From assembly GCA_038496445.1 (NCBI GenBank), contig JALMLS010000420.1, positions 310,001 to 374,000 on the forward strand: 64,000 bases of DNA, in the 5' to 3' direction. Below, piece by piece: positions 39,851 to 51,620 of this stretch. This DNA comes from Trichosphaerium sp. ATCC 40318. Lineage: Eukaryota > Protista > Tubulinea. The notes beneath the pieces were generated by a model. That model was not told where the DNA came from. It made no database searches and was given only the letters and a program-made list of their open reading frames with translations. The position numbers and the translations under genes were made by a program. The first letter of the stretch is position 1; each line of letters begins with the position of its first letter.

Positions 39851-42734
39851 TTATTGGTCACTGTCATCCAGTGGACCCATAGCTGTTGTAGCAAGTGCTC
39901 CTTTGCCTGCTTTTTGTGTTTTGGTTTTTGTACGTTTGCGTGGCGTACCACTCTTCTTCTTACGACTCTTTGAGTTATCAGGGGAGCTACCAGGCACAAC
40001 AGTTGTATAAAATCTATACAACATTCTTTCCTCTTTAACCTGAATTTCATCATCTTTTTCGGTAAGTTTATCAACTTTTGCTTTCTGTTTAGTTGTTATA
40101 GACTTGGCTGTTAGTATAATATCAATCTTATCTTTTTCACCAACAACACTATTTTCCAAAAAAAGAGGGTTAGTGGAGGTCAAGAGGATAGATTTTTTAA
40201 ACTCGTTTGGCAAAAAAAAGTTTGACGACTTTTTGAGCGTCAGGACGGACTGCGTCAAGAAATAATAATAAATGCCAATGAGCTCTTGAACGGGTTTCAT
40301 ATTGATCTTTAAAGGATATACGTACAGACCACCTTGACGTCCAAGAATGTCTTCAATTTCTTTATCATCACGTTTGAATTTCCCAATAATAAAAATGTGT
40401 TTGCCGTAAAACACATTCTCACGTAACTTTCTTCCTTTTTCTTTCATGTTGTGTTCAGGGGCATGATCAAACTCATAGTCAAGATGTCTTAGTAGAAATA
40501 TAAGTCTAAAAATAACCAAAAGAACGGAGCACAAGTTTCAACCAAAAAAAAGAAAATTGTAAGAATAAAGTTTGCGTTTTGGCCCATCTTCTGCGAGTGA
40601 TAAATAATATGATTGTACATACACAAAACAACGTTCAACTTCTTCCATGAGTTCTATCTTATCTTGTAGAGTCTGTCCAATATCGTGTGCATCTTTTAAC
40701 TTCATATCTCTGCTTAACACAATATCCATTTCTACTTGGTATTGTGAAGAGATAAAATACGCTCTAATATTCCAATTGTTAAATTCTTTACTAGGTCATT
40801 GTGTTTTTTAAACAAATGGTTCAAAAACGAAGATACACATACTGAACGAAACGAAAAGAAACTCAAAACTTCAATCTTTTTTTTTTTAGCGTTTTGGTCT
40901 TTCGAAGAGACTTAACAAGGGTACATACCTGACTGTGTCTATAGCTTGTATTCTGGGATCATGTTGGGCCGCTATTAGTAAATCGTTATCACAATGCAAG
41001 GAGATAAATAGATAAAAAACTAGCACTTTTTTCAGCAAAATGTTTTTGTACCTATCCACGTGAGTTTAGAAATGAATTCAGGTTTGGCGGCTTTTCCTAC
41101 AAGCCAAGGATACTGTTCTACAACAGAGGGTAAGATGGCTTTAATTTACCATAAATGAGGAGCACCTGAGCCTTCTTCTAGCCATGAATACATGATATAT
41201 AAAGATGTAACAATACCGCCAATAGGATCAACCCATACCTGCCAATAAAACCCAACTAGTAGCGTCGTAAGACCCACCAAATTGGATATAACATCATTTC
41301 TATGATCTATAACAAAAAAAGTGAGAAAAAGCGCTTACCCGACAAAAACCCAAAAAGTACGTTTATCGGGCGGTTTTTTTATTGGCGTACCTTGTGCTAG
41401 CGCTCTAACGCTCTCGCTTTCATTTCTAAGCAAGAAACAAAATACCCACAGTCCTGCCTTTAGTACTATAACAAGAACTAGAGCTGAAATCGTAATTGGA
41501 GTCACCTAAGAAATTGTCAAAAAAAGAAAAAATGACAAACACGTGGAAAAGTTATTTGAAAATAAAAAAAACTGTTTGCTTGCCTTTAATGACTTCTTAA
41601 ACTCCTCCAGGTCTGTGAGTGTGCGTACGCCTTCAACTACAACTTGGAAAGTTGCTGTAAACATACAAGCGGCGAATACAATAATACCAACTGGTTCAAC
41701 ACGACTCTTGCCTAAACACGATAAAAATGAGAACCTTGAGTTAAAAAAACCACAAAAACCGCCACACATACCTGCAGGGTATTTATAAAAATTACTCTTA
41801 GACTTGGTTATATAGTACGTAAGGAATATTGTTAGACCTGATAGGATATCTAGAGCCGAGTCTATGACTATTTGAGGTAAAAAAAGTTAACGTTGTAATA
41901 ATAAAGAGAAGGTTGTCAAGAGTACCTGAAGCCAGAACAGAGATGGATTTAGAAAGAACTAATACGCCAATTTTAACAAAAAACAACAAAATGTTAACAC
42001 AAAACGAAAGCCATACAGCTATCTTAACACGAGTCTCTAAGATGTTATAAGACAGAAGAAAAGATCAAAAAACCAGATTCAAATCACAAATTGTGACGTT
42101 TATGTACGCACTGTGTTTTTCCTCGTCTTGCATGTATTTTGTAAAGTAAGCTGGTTGTGTGGCTTCTTCAAGGTCATCTATGAGTTGCTGCTGTTTTTTG
42201 TAATATTTCTTCACTTTTCCTTTAGTATGCTTTGGTATGTCGATCTTGTGCGTAAAATTAGCCAACAACGGCGGTAAAACATGATTTTAAAAAAAAAGCG
42301 GAAAATTGCCAATCAAACTAACCTTCAAGTCTGGAAATGATGACAAAGGCACTGCCTTTACTCGCGCTGGGCCTGGATCTACTTTCTCCATGTTTAATGT
42401 AAATGGCAAGTTAGAATAGCATTCGTAACACGTCTGGCGTGGTGGTTACGTTCACAATAGAATGTAGAGTGTACCAGAACCTTTTTCTGACAATCTAAAA
42501 GCTTTTGCGAGAAAAAAACGGCCGTTAAGACCAGATTTAGTACGTGTGCTTTACATCGCTTTAATTTGATATTAACATACGCCACCGGATAAACCATAAA
42601 GAATGAACGTATTACCCCTCAATATACTGGTTTTCCAATTCTCCGTGACTCTGTAGCTTATCTTTACTTACTTAAGTACCAGGTAAACTTTATGCGCGAA
42701 GTGTGCAGTACTTACCTGAAATATTTGTAGCCAT
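39851..42734 (-). CDS. Mn-type cation diffusion facilitator (MTP8-11-like) with C-terminal BRCT-like domain, multi-exon
   Basis: DSALD and DHRND metal sites, YPAGKSRVEPVGIIVFA, AHDIGQTLQDKIE...ERCFVHLDYEFDHAPEH. It continues without a stop into VFYGKHIFIIGKF...ILGRQGG. Confidence 0.9.
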
Positions 42735-44590
42735 GCCGCAAAGGCAGAAATTAGCCTTCTTGTTTTTTTCTACTTTACACAAGGTCCCTAGCCGTGAGCT
42801 TGACGAAACGAGTACATTGACATAAACCACTGCTTAGTATAAACAATATAAGGTCTTTAGAATGATATACAGCAAATTGTTAGACAAATACATTCTTGCA
42901 ACAACCCCTGATGACACCAAACAGACACTGTGTGATAATCTGAAATTTCGTGTTTTGTGTTTTACCTAATCCTATGTTCATTGCAACCTGCAAGTACATA
43001 CGCACCTTCTTCTGGTGCTATCACCTTGTTAGTACATATTGCACAATTTGCATTCAAACACAAACCAAACAAAATGCAACATCTAAATCAATTCGAAAAG
43101 TCTAGTTTGCGATGTATCAACAATGAGGATGCAAAGCCAAAGAAAACCAGGTTTAAACAAAGAAGCCAGCTCTTGTAAAAGGCGTCGCATACCATGCAAT
43201 ATTTCAAACTTACTTGCGTGATGTAACGGAAATATGCATGTCAAATGGCATGTCGTGTGGTGGACGTAAAAAGGAAATAATTTGAAGTATAAAAATTCCG
43301 TTGCCTAGTATCTCCACAGGACAAATACTGGTAGTAAACAATAAGCCGAGGTTGAGGGGTCTTGAAAGTCGATTAGCTAAATTACCGTAACCTCATAGAG
43401 CTGTTACAATGATAGTTGAAGATATGTACGAATACTTTGCATCTCTGAGACCTCTTGGTGATGGTTCAAGGACTGTAGGTATTTTCCTTCATGTACACCT
43501 AAATGTCTTGAAAGTGTAAGGTAATCCCAATAAACAGTGAACTACCTCCAGAGCCATTGTTTTTTTGATTTTCGCTGGTTTTTTTTTTGCGTGTCTCCGC
43601 TATTTTATTCAAAACTTCGCGCACCTCAAATGCCAGAATCATATGTCATAAAAAACAAATGTTAATGTGTTGATAGACTCATTCGCACTCGCTTTAATGG
43701 TGCTAACACTGTGATGCTACTTCCGGAGTTACATAAGTACATAGGTCCTGTACTGGAACAGTTTGACTTGTACTGAAAATAAACGGAGTTTCCACAACAT
43801 TTGGATATTCCATACAAGTGAAAAAACTGCAGTCACTGGGTGAAGCTTAGAACCTTCCCAAAGTCATCAATCGAAAAATTATCCGTAACGAGTTGTGAGA
43901 GGAACAATTGCAATTGGATAAAATGGAAACAAAACCTAGAACAATCACGTGATTTACTGAGCTATTAGTTTGTACTGGTACAGGAGTTACGAACAGAATT
44001 AAATGTGCAAGCCAGTGACACGTTTTCTGGAGGTCTTTTTGTGTTATCATAACCGTTACAGTAATAAAATACAGCTGTACTAGTACAACTTTCATAACAG
44101 TGAAGTTGCGGCAGCGCTGCAGAAATTTTAGTGGCCAACATAAATGCTTGTTACTCGTATACTAGTGACGTTGCCAACGAAGTTCTTCTATGACTTCCAA
44201 ACTTTGCTACAACTACGAGTAATAATAGCGATTGAGGCGTGCAGCTATTGATTTACACAAGTACAAACCTGTTGGGAGGTAATAGGGGGTACCCATGGCA
44301 AGAAGATTGTTGAAAATTTGTTGGTAATATTCGTATTGTTTTTACTACAACCAGCTTCGCTCTCTCCCAAGCAATAAAGCATTGCAATAAGGCAAGAAAA
44401 TAGCTTTTACGGCAAGTAGCGTATCACTTGCGTCTCTTTCTAACTTACTGCTACAGGCAGTGGAGGTATCATCCTTACGGAGATACCTTTTTCAAGATAT
44501 AATGCTGCAATGCTTAGTATACGGCTTCTAATTTCATGTTTTACTTCACCAACGCACATCGACGTCTCTGACGCTATACAACACAACAAA

Positions 44591-45908
44591 ATGCTTCATT
44601 TTCGGAGCTTCCGACTCGCAGCAACCGCGTAAATTAACACCCCTTCGTTAAACATTACAGGCACGTGATTTTTATTATTTTTCACGTTACAAACCCCAAA
44701 AAGAAATCACCTCTGAGATAAAATACTGTGATAAAATACTCATCATTTACCTTTTCTAGACGCGACTACAAAGTTAATACCTCCATTACCGCTTCGTTAC
44801 GTACGAATAGTTTCAAAACACAAAGAAATCAGCCGCGACGCTAGCTTAGAGGAAAAAAGCGAGTTTGAGCGTCTTTTTTAGCTTTCTCGTAACATGGTAC
44901 ACCAGTCGAAGCATCCCATTTCGCTTTAATGGTAAAGCGTGTCATAACATTTTGACACTCGTTCTGAAATCACATTGTCGTACTCAATCATTGGCATTCC
45001 ACCCTCTTCGCCAACTGTAAAGTATTCACAACCACGTTCACCATGATGCCAACTACAAACAGAAGCCCTCAGTATTGTACCGTACTAAACACAAGTAATA
45101 TGGGCGTCCCTACATACAGCGAGGTGAGCTTGGCGGCGAATGGCAATAAAGATGGTAATGGCACTAAAGACAATGAGAGTGCAGTACGTTGTTTTAAAAA
45201 GCGGGCAAAACATTATCCAAAAAATCTCTTGTAGTAATTTTTTATTCTTTGTAGCTAATTTTTTACAAAAGGATCCCTTCTCCCTCTTCTCCTTGGACTA
45301 TGACCCAATGCTTCAGAAGTTCTTCGGCAAAAATACAAGGCCTGTATTATACGCATTGGCTATGACAATATTGCTGAGGCTAGGCGTTGTACCTGTTGAG
45401 GGTCAGGAGGGAAGATATTATAACGTGGTGTACGTTTTTTTTAACACTTCAATTGAATACAATTGCGGAGCGTTTGGTTTAACTTATCCATACTAGTAAT
45501 CACGACTCGTTTATGCTCTCCATCGCAATTTTCTGCTCAGAGAAGAGTAAGAGACCTATTAACGCGTATAGCACGTACAGATCAATATCTAGGTAAGCAT
45601 GTAATTTAAAAAAAGGAAGGAACAGTATGGTTAAACTTCACCAAAAAAATGTGTAACTGTTTAACTCTATTTGCAGGTGGGTTAACATGCTTGATACGCG
45701 GAAAAAAGGTAGGTCTTGGCGATTTACAATGAAAAAAACGGAAGCTGCGCGTTGGTGTGAAGTAAAACTTGAAATAAGCAGCATTATAAATGAAAGCCTT
45801 GCTATCACGTGGGTATGGAAATGCAATAATAGTTCATCATACATGGAGCTTCGCTCTTTCGACTTTGCTGTAAATATTGATGCGGTAGCATGGGCTTGTT
45901 CGTTGTAG
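44591..45908 (+). CDS. Hypothetical multi-exon protein
   Basis: Several open segments bounded by GT/AG (e.g. ISRDASLEEKSEFERLFSFLVTWY; DPFSLFSLDYDPMLQKFFG). No family recognised; structure uncertain. Confidence 0.4.
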
Positions 45909-46662
45909 CAATATAATAAACAAAATTAGCTTACGGCTGTAATTAAATTCGTTTATTTAAAAAATTGTGTACGTAGGAGTTTTCTTACTATTCGTAGTTT
46001 TTATTGTTCTATTTCGGAAAGTATGCCCAACGTTTGTCGGAAAATAAATACCTCTTGTAAACTTGTGCAAACGCTAACATACCGGTTTTGGCTAAGACGT
46101 CAAAAAAGAAACTGGAAATGCCAAAACAACCAACTTCAATAAAACATGAGAAATCATTGTTTTTTCTTTTCAACCTTCCATGGCTCGTAAAATATCTATT
46201 TCGCATTCTTGCTTACAGTGACATACACCAATGTATCGCTGTTCTCTTACTTTTTACCTTTCCAAACTTTAAACAAAGTCTAGGCTCTGAAATCACGTGT
46301 AAGCCCAAAATACTTCCAACAAAGTAGGGAAAAACAAGATAATTCAAAGAATGACGTGAACTTCGTATTTCTCAGGACGTACGACACATGCAATATTTGT
46401 TTTTTCAGATAATTGCATGAACGTTTGGTTTCAGAGTCTATCACGTGATATTATTAAAAGGGAAAAAACAGCTAAAAGAGATGTTTGGATCTAAGATAAA
46501 CGGACTTCATATGGTACAGAGTGGTATAGTATACAAAGGTTCAAATCACTAAATAATCTAGAGTATCGCTAGTCAACAGTGGTAATGGACGAAATAAGCT
46601 TCAGATTCATCCTACAATACACAACAAAAGCTTGAAGCGTTTAAAGCGTCTATTGGTGCAAA

Positions 46663-47739
46663 ATGGATGAAAAAAAGGTTTACCAGAGCAGTAGTGATCT
46701 TGTCGAGCTCCCTGTAGAATTGATAGTTCATATTCTAAAACAAGGCGTTTTTACACTTTATTCCGCACAAACTTGCCGTTTCTTGCGGGATATTGTCCAT
46801 AACCACGTCGGATATGATCGGATTAATGTCAAAAGCACTACCGATGTGATGATGCTTTCGGGGAGTCCTTTGTTGAAGAATACGCCCATTTGTCTTTATG
46901 GAAATATAAACGACAATCAGTTGAGTTTACTAGCAGGAGTGCATACAATCAGTTTGTATCGTTGTATGTCAATAACAGATAAAGGCATCAAGGTGCTAGC
47001 AGGTGTACATGACATTGATTTATCATATACACATATTACAGATGAAGGTTTGAAGGCATTGAAAGGTGTACACTCTATCAGCTTACATAGATGTAACTCA
47101 ATAACAGATGAGGGCATCAAGACGTTGGCTGGTGTACACACTATTGAGCTCGAATGTGTACACATTACAGATGAAGGAGTGAAAGCATTGGCAGGTGTAC
47201 AACAGATTGATCTAAAATGGACACAAGTGACAGATGAAGGTTTGAAGGCGCTGGTAGGTGTACACACTATCTACCTGTATGGATGTGACTTAATAACAGA
47301 TGAGGGCATCAAAGTATTGGCTGGTGTATGCAAGATTGATTTATCATATACAAAAGTGACAGATAAAGGTTTGAAGGCATTGAAAGGTGTACACTCTATC
47401 AGCTTACATAGATGTTACTCAATAACAGATGAGGGCATCAAGGCGCTAGCAGGTGTACATGAGATTGATTTATCATGTACAAAGGTAACAGATAAAGGTT
47501 TGAAAGCATTGGCAGGCGTACACAAAATACAGTTAACTTGGTGCGATATAACAGATGAGGGCATTAAAGCATTGGCAGGTGTACATCAAATTAATCTACA
47601 ATCGACAAAAGTGACAGATGAAGGTTTGAAGGCGCTAGTAGGTGTACACAATATCACCGTGTATGATTGCTTTTTAATTTCAAGAGAGGGTATCCAGGCA
47701 TTAGGTGCGGAGATAGTAAATTCAGACTTCTGTGAATAG
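46663..47739 (+). CDS. Intronless F-box + ~12-13 LRR protein
   Basis: LVELPVELIVHIL F-box; tandem 21-22-aa xGVHxIxLxx(C)xxITDEGxKAL repeats. Confidence 0.92.
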   Translation: MDEKKVYQSSSDLVELPVELIVHILKQGVFTLYSAQTCRFLRDIVHNHVGYDRINVKSTTDVMMLSGSPLLKNTPICLYGNINDNQLSLLAGVHTISLYRCMSITDKGIKVLAGVHDIDLSYTHITDEGLKALKGVHSISLHRCNSITDEGIKTLAGVHTIELECVHITDEGVKALAGVQQIDLKWTQVTDEGLKALVGVHTIYLYGCDLITDEGIKVLAGVCKIDLSYTKVTDKGLKALKGVHSISLHRCYSITDEGIKALAGVHEIDLSCTKVTDKGLKALAGVHKIQLTWCDITDEGIKALAGVHQINLQSTKVTDEGLKALVGVHNITVYDCFLISREGIQALGAEIVNSDFCE

Positions 47740-48108
47740 CAGTACCGACAGTTTATCCAGCAATTATTTTATAGCATGTTGTATAATAAATGAAAAAATA
47801 TTAGCGATGTTTGTGCTTCTTGCACGTGGTACATACCAAATAAAACAACGAGAAATCGATTTGTTCTTGCACCGTGAAAGCCGAACAGTTATTTTTTTTT
47901 TGAAATCTCGCGGAATTCTTTCACACTTTGCTCCTTTCACCGAAACGTAACTTCTTGTCAACAAACAACAATTCTATTTACAATGTTCTGTTGTTCTTGT
48001 TGTCCGTCTATCCTACAAACAGGTAAACGTAGTGACATTTACTGCGTACCTAAGTCAAGAAGTCAAACTAAATCTTGCTTAAAAAAAAACTGCGTTTTAA
48101 CAGCTAAT

Positions 48109-50621
48109 ATGGCAGAAGGAGTATCTAAAACCTTGGATAATCTTTTTTTTGATGATTCCGACCCCGAAGAAGAGTCTTCCAGTGAAGACGTGGAAAACGG
48201 GCAGCTTTGTTCAGAAGAAGACCTAGACACTTGTATACGGGTAAATTACGCGTATTTAACAACTAATCTAACGCTTTAAGGTACTAAGAGCGTTACAAGC
48301 TAACCCAGACGAATTCTGGGGGCCATCGTATCACACTGTGCGCTCTCTTGCGTCTAGGTACCTCTAATATAACAAAAAGCACATTTCAGTTAAACTGTGC
48401 TAGTATTTTTACACAACAGATATCACGCCGCACAGGAGCTACAGTGCTTCATGGAGATATTATAGACTCTACTGTAAAGGCGCAGTTTCGCTCCAGAATG
48501 CGTAAGGAAGATCTAATGAAGAGGAGAAAAACAGGCCTTCGCAGAGAAAAGCGTGAAATGCAAACAAAGGGAAATTCTCAGTTACATCCGCGTATACTCC
48601 CTTCAAAGTGACGTCATCTACTTGGGCGGAATTCTTTTTTAATTGGGCGTAGAGACTACGATGAAGTAATTATTGAAGATGCAAAAAACAGTGAGGAAGA
48701 CGAAGAAGATGACATTTGTGCGTTCTTATAAATTTCTCAAAATAGCGATTTTGAGTATTATGTTTTCTAACTTTGGGTACTCTAGATATGACAATGGGCA
48801 CCAAGTGTTATGTTTGTCTACAAAAATTCTTTAAGTTGCATCATTTTTACGGTATGGTGACAACAAATACGAAATTTTTTTCGGATTTCTAACAAACTGT
48901 TTCAGACAAATTGTGTCCTTCGTGTGCATCAAGTAATTTCTCCAAGAGAACACAAAGTACAAATTTAAAGGGTCGTATAGCGCTCATTACTGGTGCTAGA
49001 ATTAAGATAGGGTGAGATAACTAATTAGTTCGCAATTAATATCAAACTGACTAAAGCGATACAATAGATTTTTTACTGCTCTGAAATTACTTCGCGCAGG
49101 TGCTACTGTCATTGCAACCACAAGATTCGTACATGATGCTGCAAAACGATACTCAGAAGTACTTTACCTTCACTACAATTGGAGATTACTCACACTTTAA
49201 TAAAGGAAGAAGACTTTAAAGTATGGAAAGATAGACTACATATTTTTGGCATAGATTTTAGGTTCTTATCAGCTGTTGAGTCATTTTGTGATATGCTCGA
49301 TTCAACATTTCCACACCTTGATATACTCATCAATAATGCAGCACAAACAATTAGAAGGTATATTTTCGGAATAAAAATATCCATATCACGTGACAACCTT
49401 TTTATCTAGACCACCGCAGTATTATAAACGACTTTTACCTTTTGAATCAACACCATACAAAGAACTTCCTCCGAACTTGCAACCTCTTGTGAAAGCACAG
49501 CATGGTTATAATTTTTATTCAAATACACAAAAGAGCAATACACTACTAACTGGTGCATTTCAAAAGCAACTTGAAAGCTTTGATTCATGCACAGCTTTAG
49601 TAAAAGATAATTCAAAACCAACTAATGTCACACCCAGTACGATTAGTCCAAACAATTGCTACTCCTCGGATTTTATTGACTTTTTGCCCATTAAAGTGCT
49701 CACTCAGATTCCACTTACTAAGGATGACATGGAAGCCAAGGATAGTGAATTTCCTTTAGGAAAGCTTGATGAATATGGAGAGCAATTAGATGTTCGTACT
49801 ACTAATACTTGGACTAAACAGTTAGGTAACTAGAATCCTGGTGTGGTGTTTGAGCTTTTTGGCTTATCTGCTTTTTGTAGAGGACGTTGATACTTGTGAG
49901 TTACTAGAAGACATGGTCATTAATTCATGTGCGCCATATGTCATTATTAAAAAAACAAAGAAGATGATGGAAAGAAGTCCTTTCGTAAGCTTTTGTTTTG
50001 TCTGACTTTTCACTCTCTAAAAAACATGCAAGGTTGATAGGTTCATTATAAACGTAACTTCAGTAGAGGGTAAATTTTCAGGTAACAAGGTTACCCTACA
50101 CCCACATACAAATATGTCAAAGGTATTTATATAACTGTACAGACTATTAATTGACTGTAAACCAGGCGAGTCTGAATATGATCACAAGAACAACCGCAGC
50201 TTATTTTGCAAAGAGTAACATATGGATGAACTGTGCGGACCCAGGATGGTAAGGAATACATTTTAATCATAATCGCCTCATAGTATTCAAAGGGTATCTG
50301 AACTGACGCCTGTGGGCAGAGCACAAAAATTAGCAGCTCAACAAGGTACTACTTTACATTGTTTGGATTTTTTTCTGTGGTCTATTTCTGATTTCTGTAA
50401 ATAGGAACGGCTTCAAGACCGCCATTAGATGAAATCGATGGAGCAGCACGTATCCTAGACCCGGTATAGATATTTGCAAATAATAGGTAACTGACTCGTT
50501 GTAGATATGCATGGCACTCAATAATGGCACAAAGTACTACGGTGCTTTCTTAAAGGACTACCACATTGGTAACTGCACTCTTTAAAAAACCTTTGGCTAA
50601 TCTTACTTAGTACAATGGTAA
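48109..50621 (+). CDS. Short-chain dehydrogenase/reductase with N-terminal CxxC zinc motif, multi-exon
   Basis: CYVC...LCPSC, ALITGARIKIG, LDILINNAAQTIRRP, HPHTNMSKASLNMITRT, DPGW, PPLDEIDGAARILDP. Confidence 0.92.
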
Positions 50622-51081
50622 TTGTATAGATTTATCACAAACCGAAGGAAAGGTGAGGAGCATGATTAATTAAAATCGTTTCAATTCATCGTGATGTTAT
50701 CAAAATAAAAAGTTGTCTTTGTTCGTCGGTAGTTGGATACTCGGTTACACTGTACATTACTGCTCTAGAAAATGTGCCGCACCGCTAACAGGGCTTATGG
50801 CTTATGTCTTTACTAAAACAGTGGACTATCCGGCTTCTCTTTTCTACAATAGCGCCTCAAGGTGGTGATATTCCATTTCGGAGTATGTACTATAGAGGTT
50901 ACTCCTTAACGAACTAAAGCGGTGTTTAGTTGACTGCAGCTTCGGTCCAAAGAGCAAACTGGGAACATTATTCTAAATCACGTGACTGAACACCTTTTAT
51001 AACCACTGGGTTTCAAAAGTTGCTGTTTTTTGCGAAGAAACTCATTGATTTTTTCACAGGTGCAAACAACTTCATTCTTAA

Positions 51082-51468
51082 ATGGCGGCTCCCCTTCGCT
51101 ATGCTGTTAAGAATCTATACAAACAGGTTGCTGCCGTATTTTGAGTTGTTTTAGTAAAATAAATATTGTAGTTTATTCATGTAGGCGGAGATTACCCTGG
51201 TGGTATTGAATACGCGCGTCCTCGTATTAGAAAGGCGTTTTTAGCCAATAAGTACGCGAAACGTTTTTTACGCCGTTTAAACTTGTGCCAGAGAAGAATC
51301 TGATCCAGAGAAGATACAACAAATGATAGACAGAGGCAATTATGTTTTGAAAGAAATGGAGGCAGTAATATCACTAAAGTACTCATAAACGATGTATATA
51401 CGCCGTTTAACTGTTATTTAAGGCAATATCGCACGTTGAAAAGGCGCTATTACAAAGATTTAGAATAA
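51082..51468 (+). CDS. ETFRF1: LYR-motif protein ETFRF1/LYRM5, 4 exons
   Basis: Spliced MAAPLRYAVKNLYKQFIHVGGDYPGG...DPEKIQQMIDRGNYVLKEMEAVISLKQYRTLKRRYY matches the LYRM5 pattern. Confidence 0.88.
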
Positions 51469-51620
51469 TAAGCATTTTAATGCAGTAAAACAACAATTGC
51501 AAGGCGTTGACGTTGTGGAGAACGCGACTAAGTCAGTGCATAACTTAAAAAATCATTTTCGTTAAAAATAAACAATACACCAGCGCTCTTGCGTTTATGA
51601 ATAACCAACACGTCAAATAA

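Noticed and set aside
42708-42720. Second TACTTACCTG motif
   Set aside because: It is the first minus-strand donor (MATNIS G|GTAAGT) of the CDF gene.
46920-47700. CRISPR-like repeat/spacer periodicity (also 16320-16845 and 21670-21870)
   Set aside because: The repeats are in-frame protein repeats, the DNA is eukaryotic and there are no cas genes.
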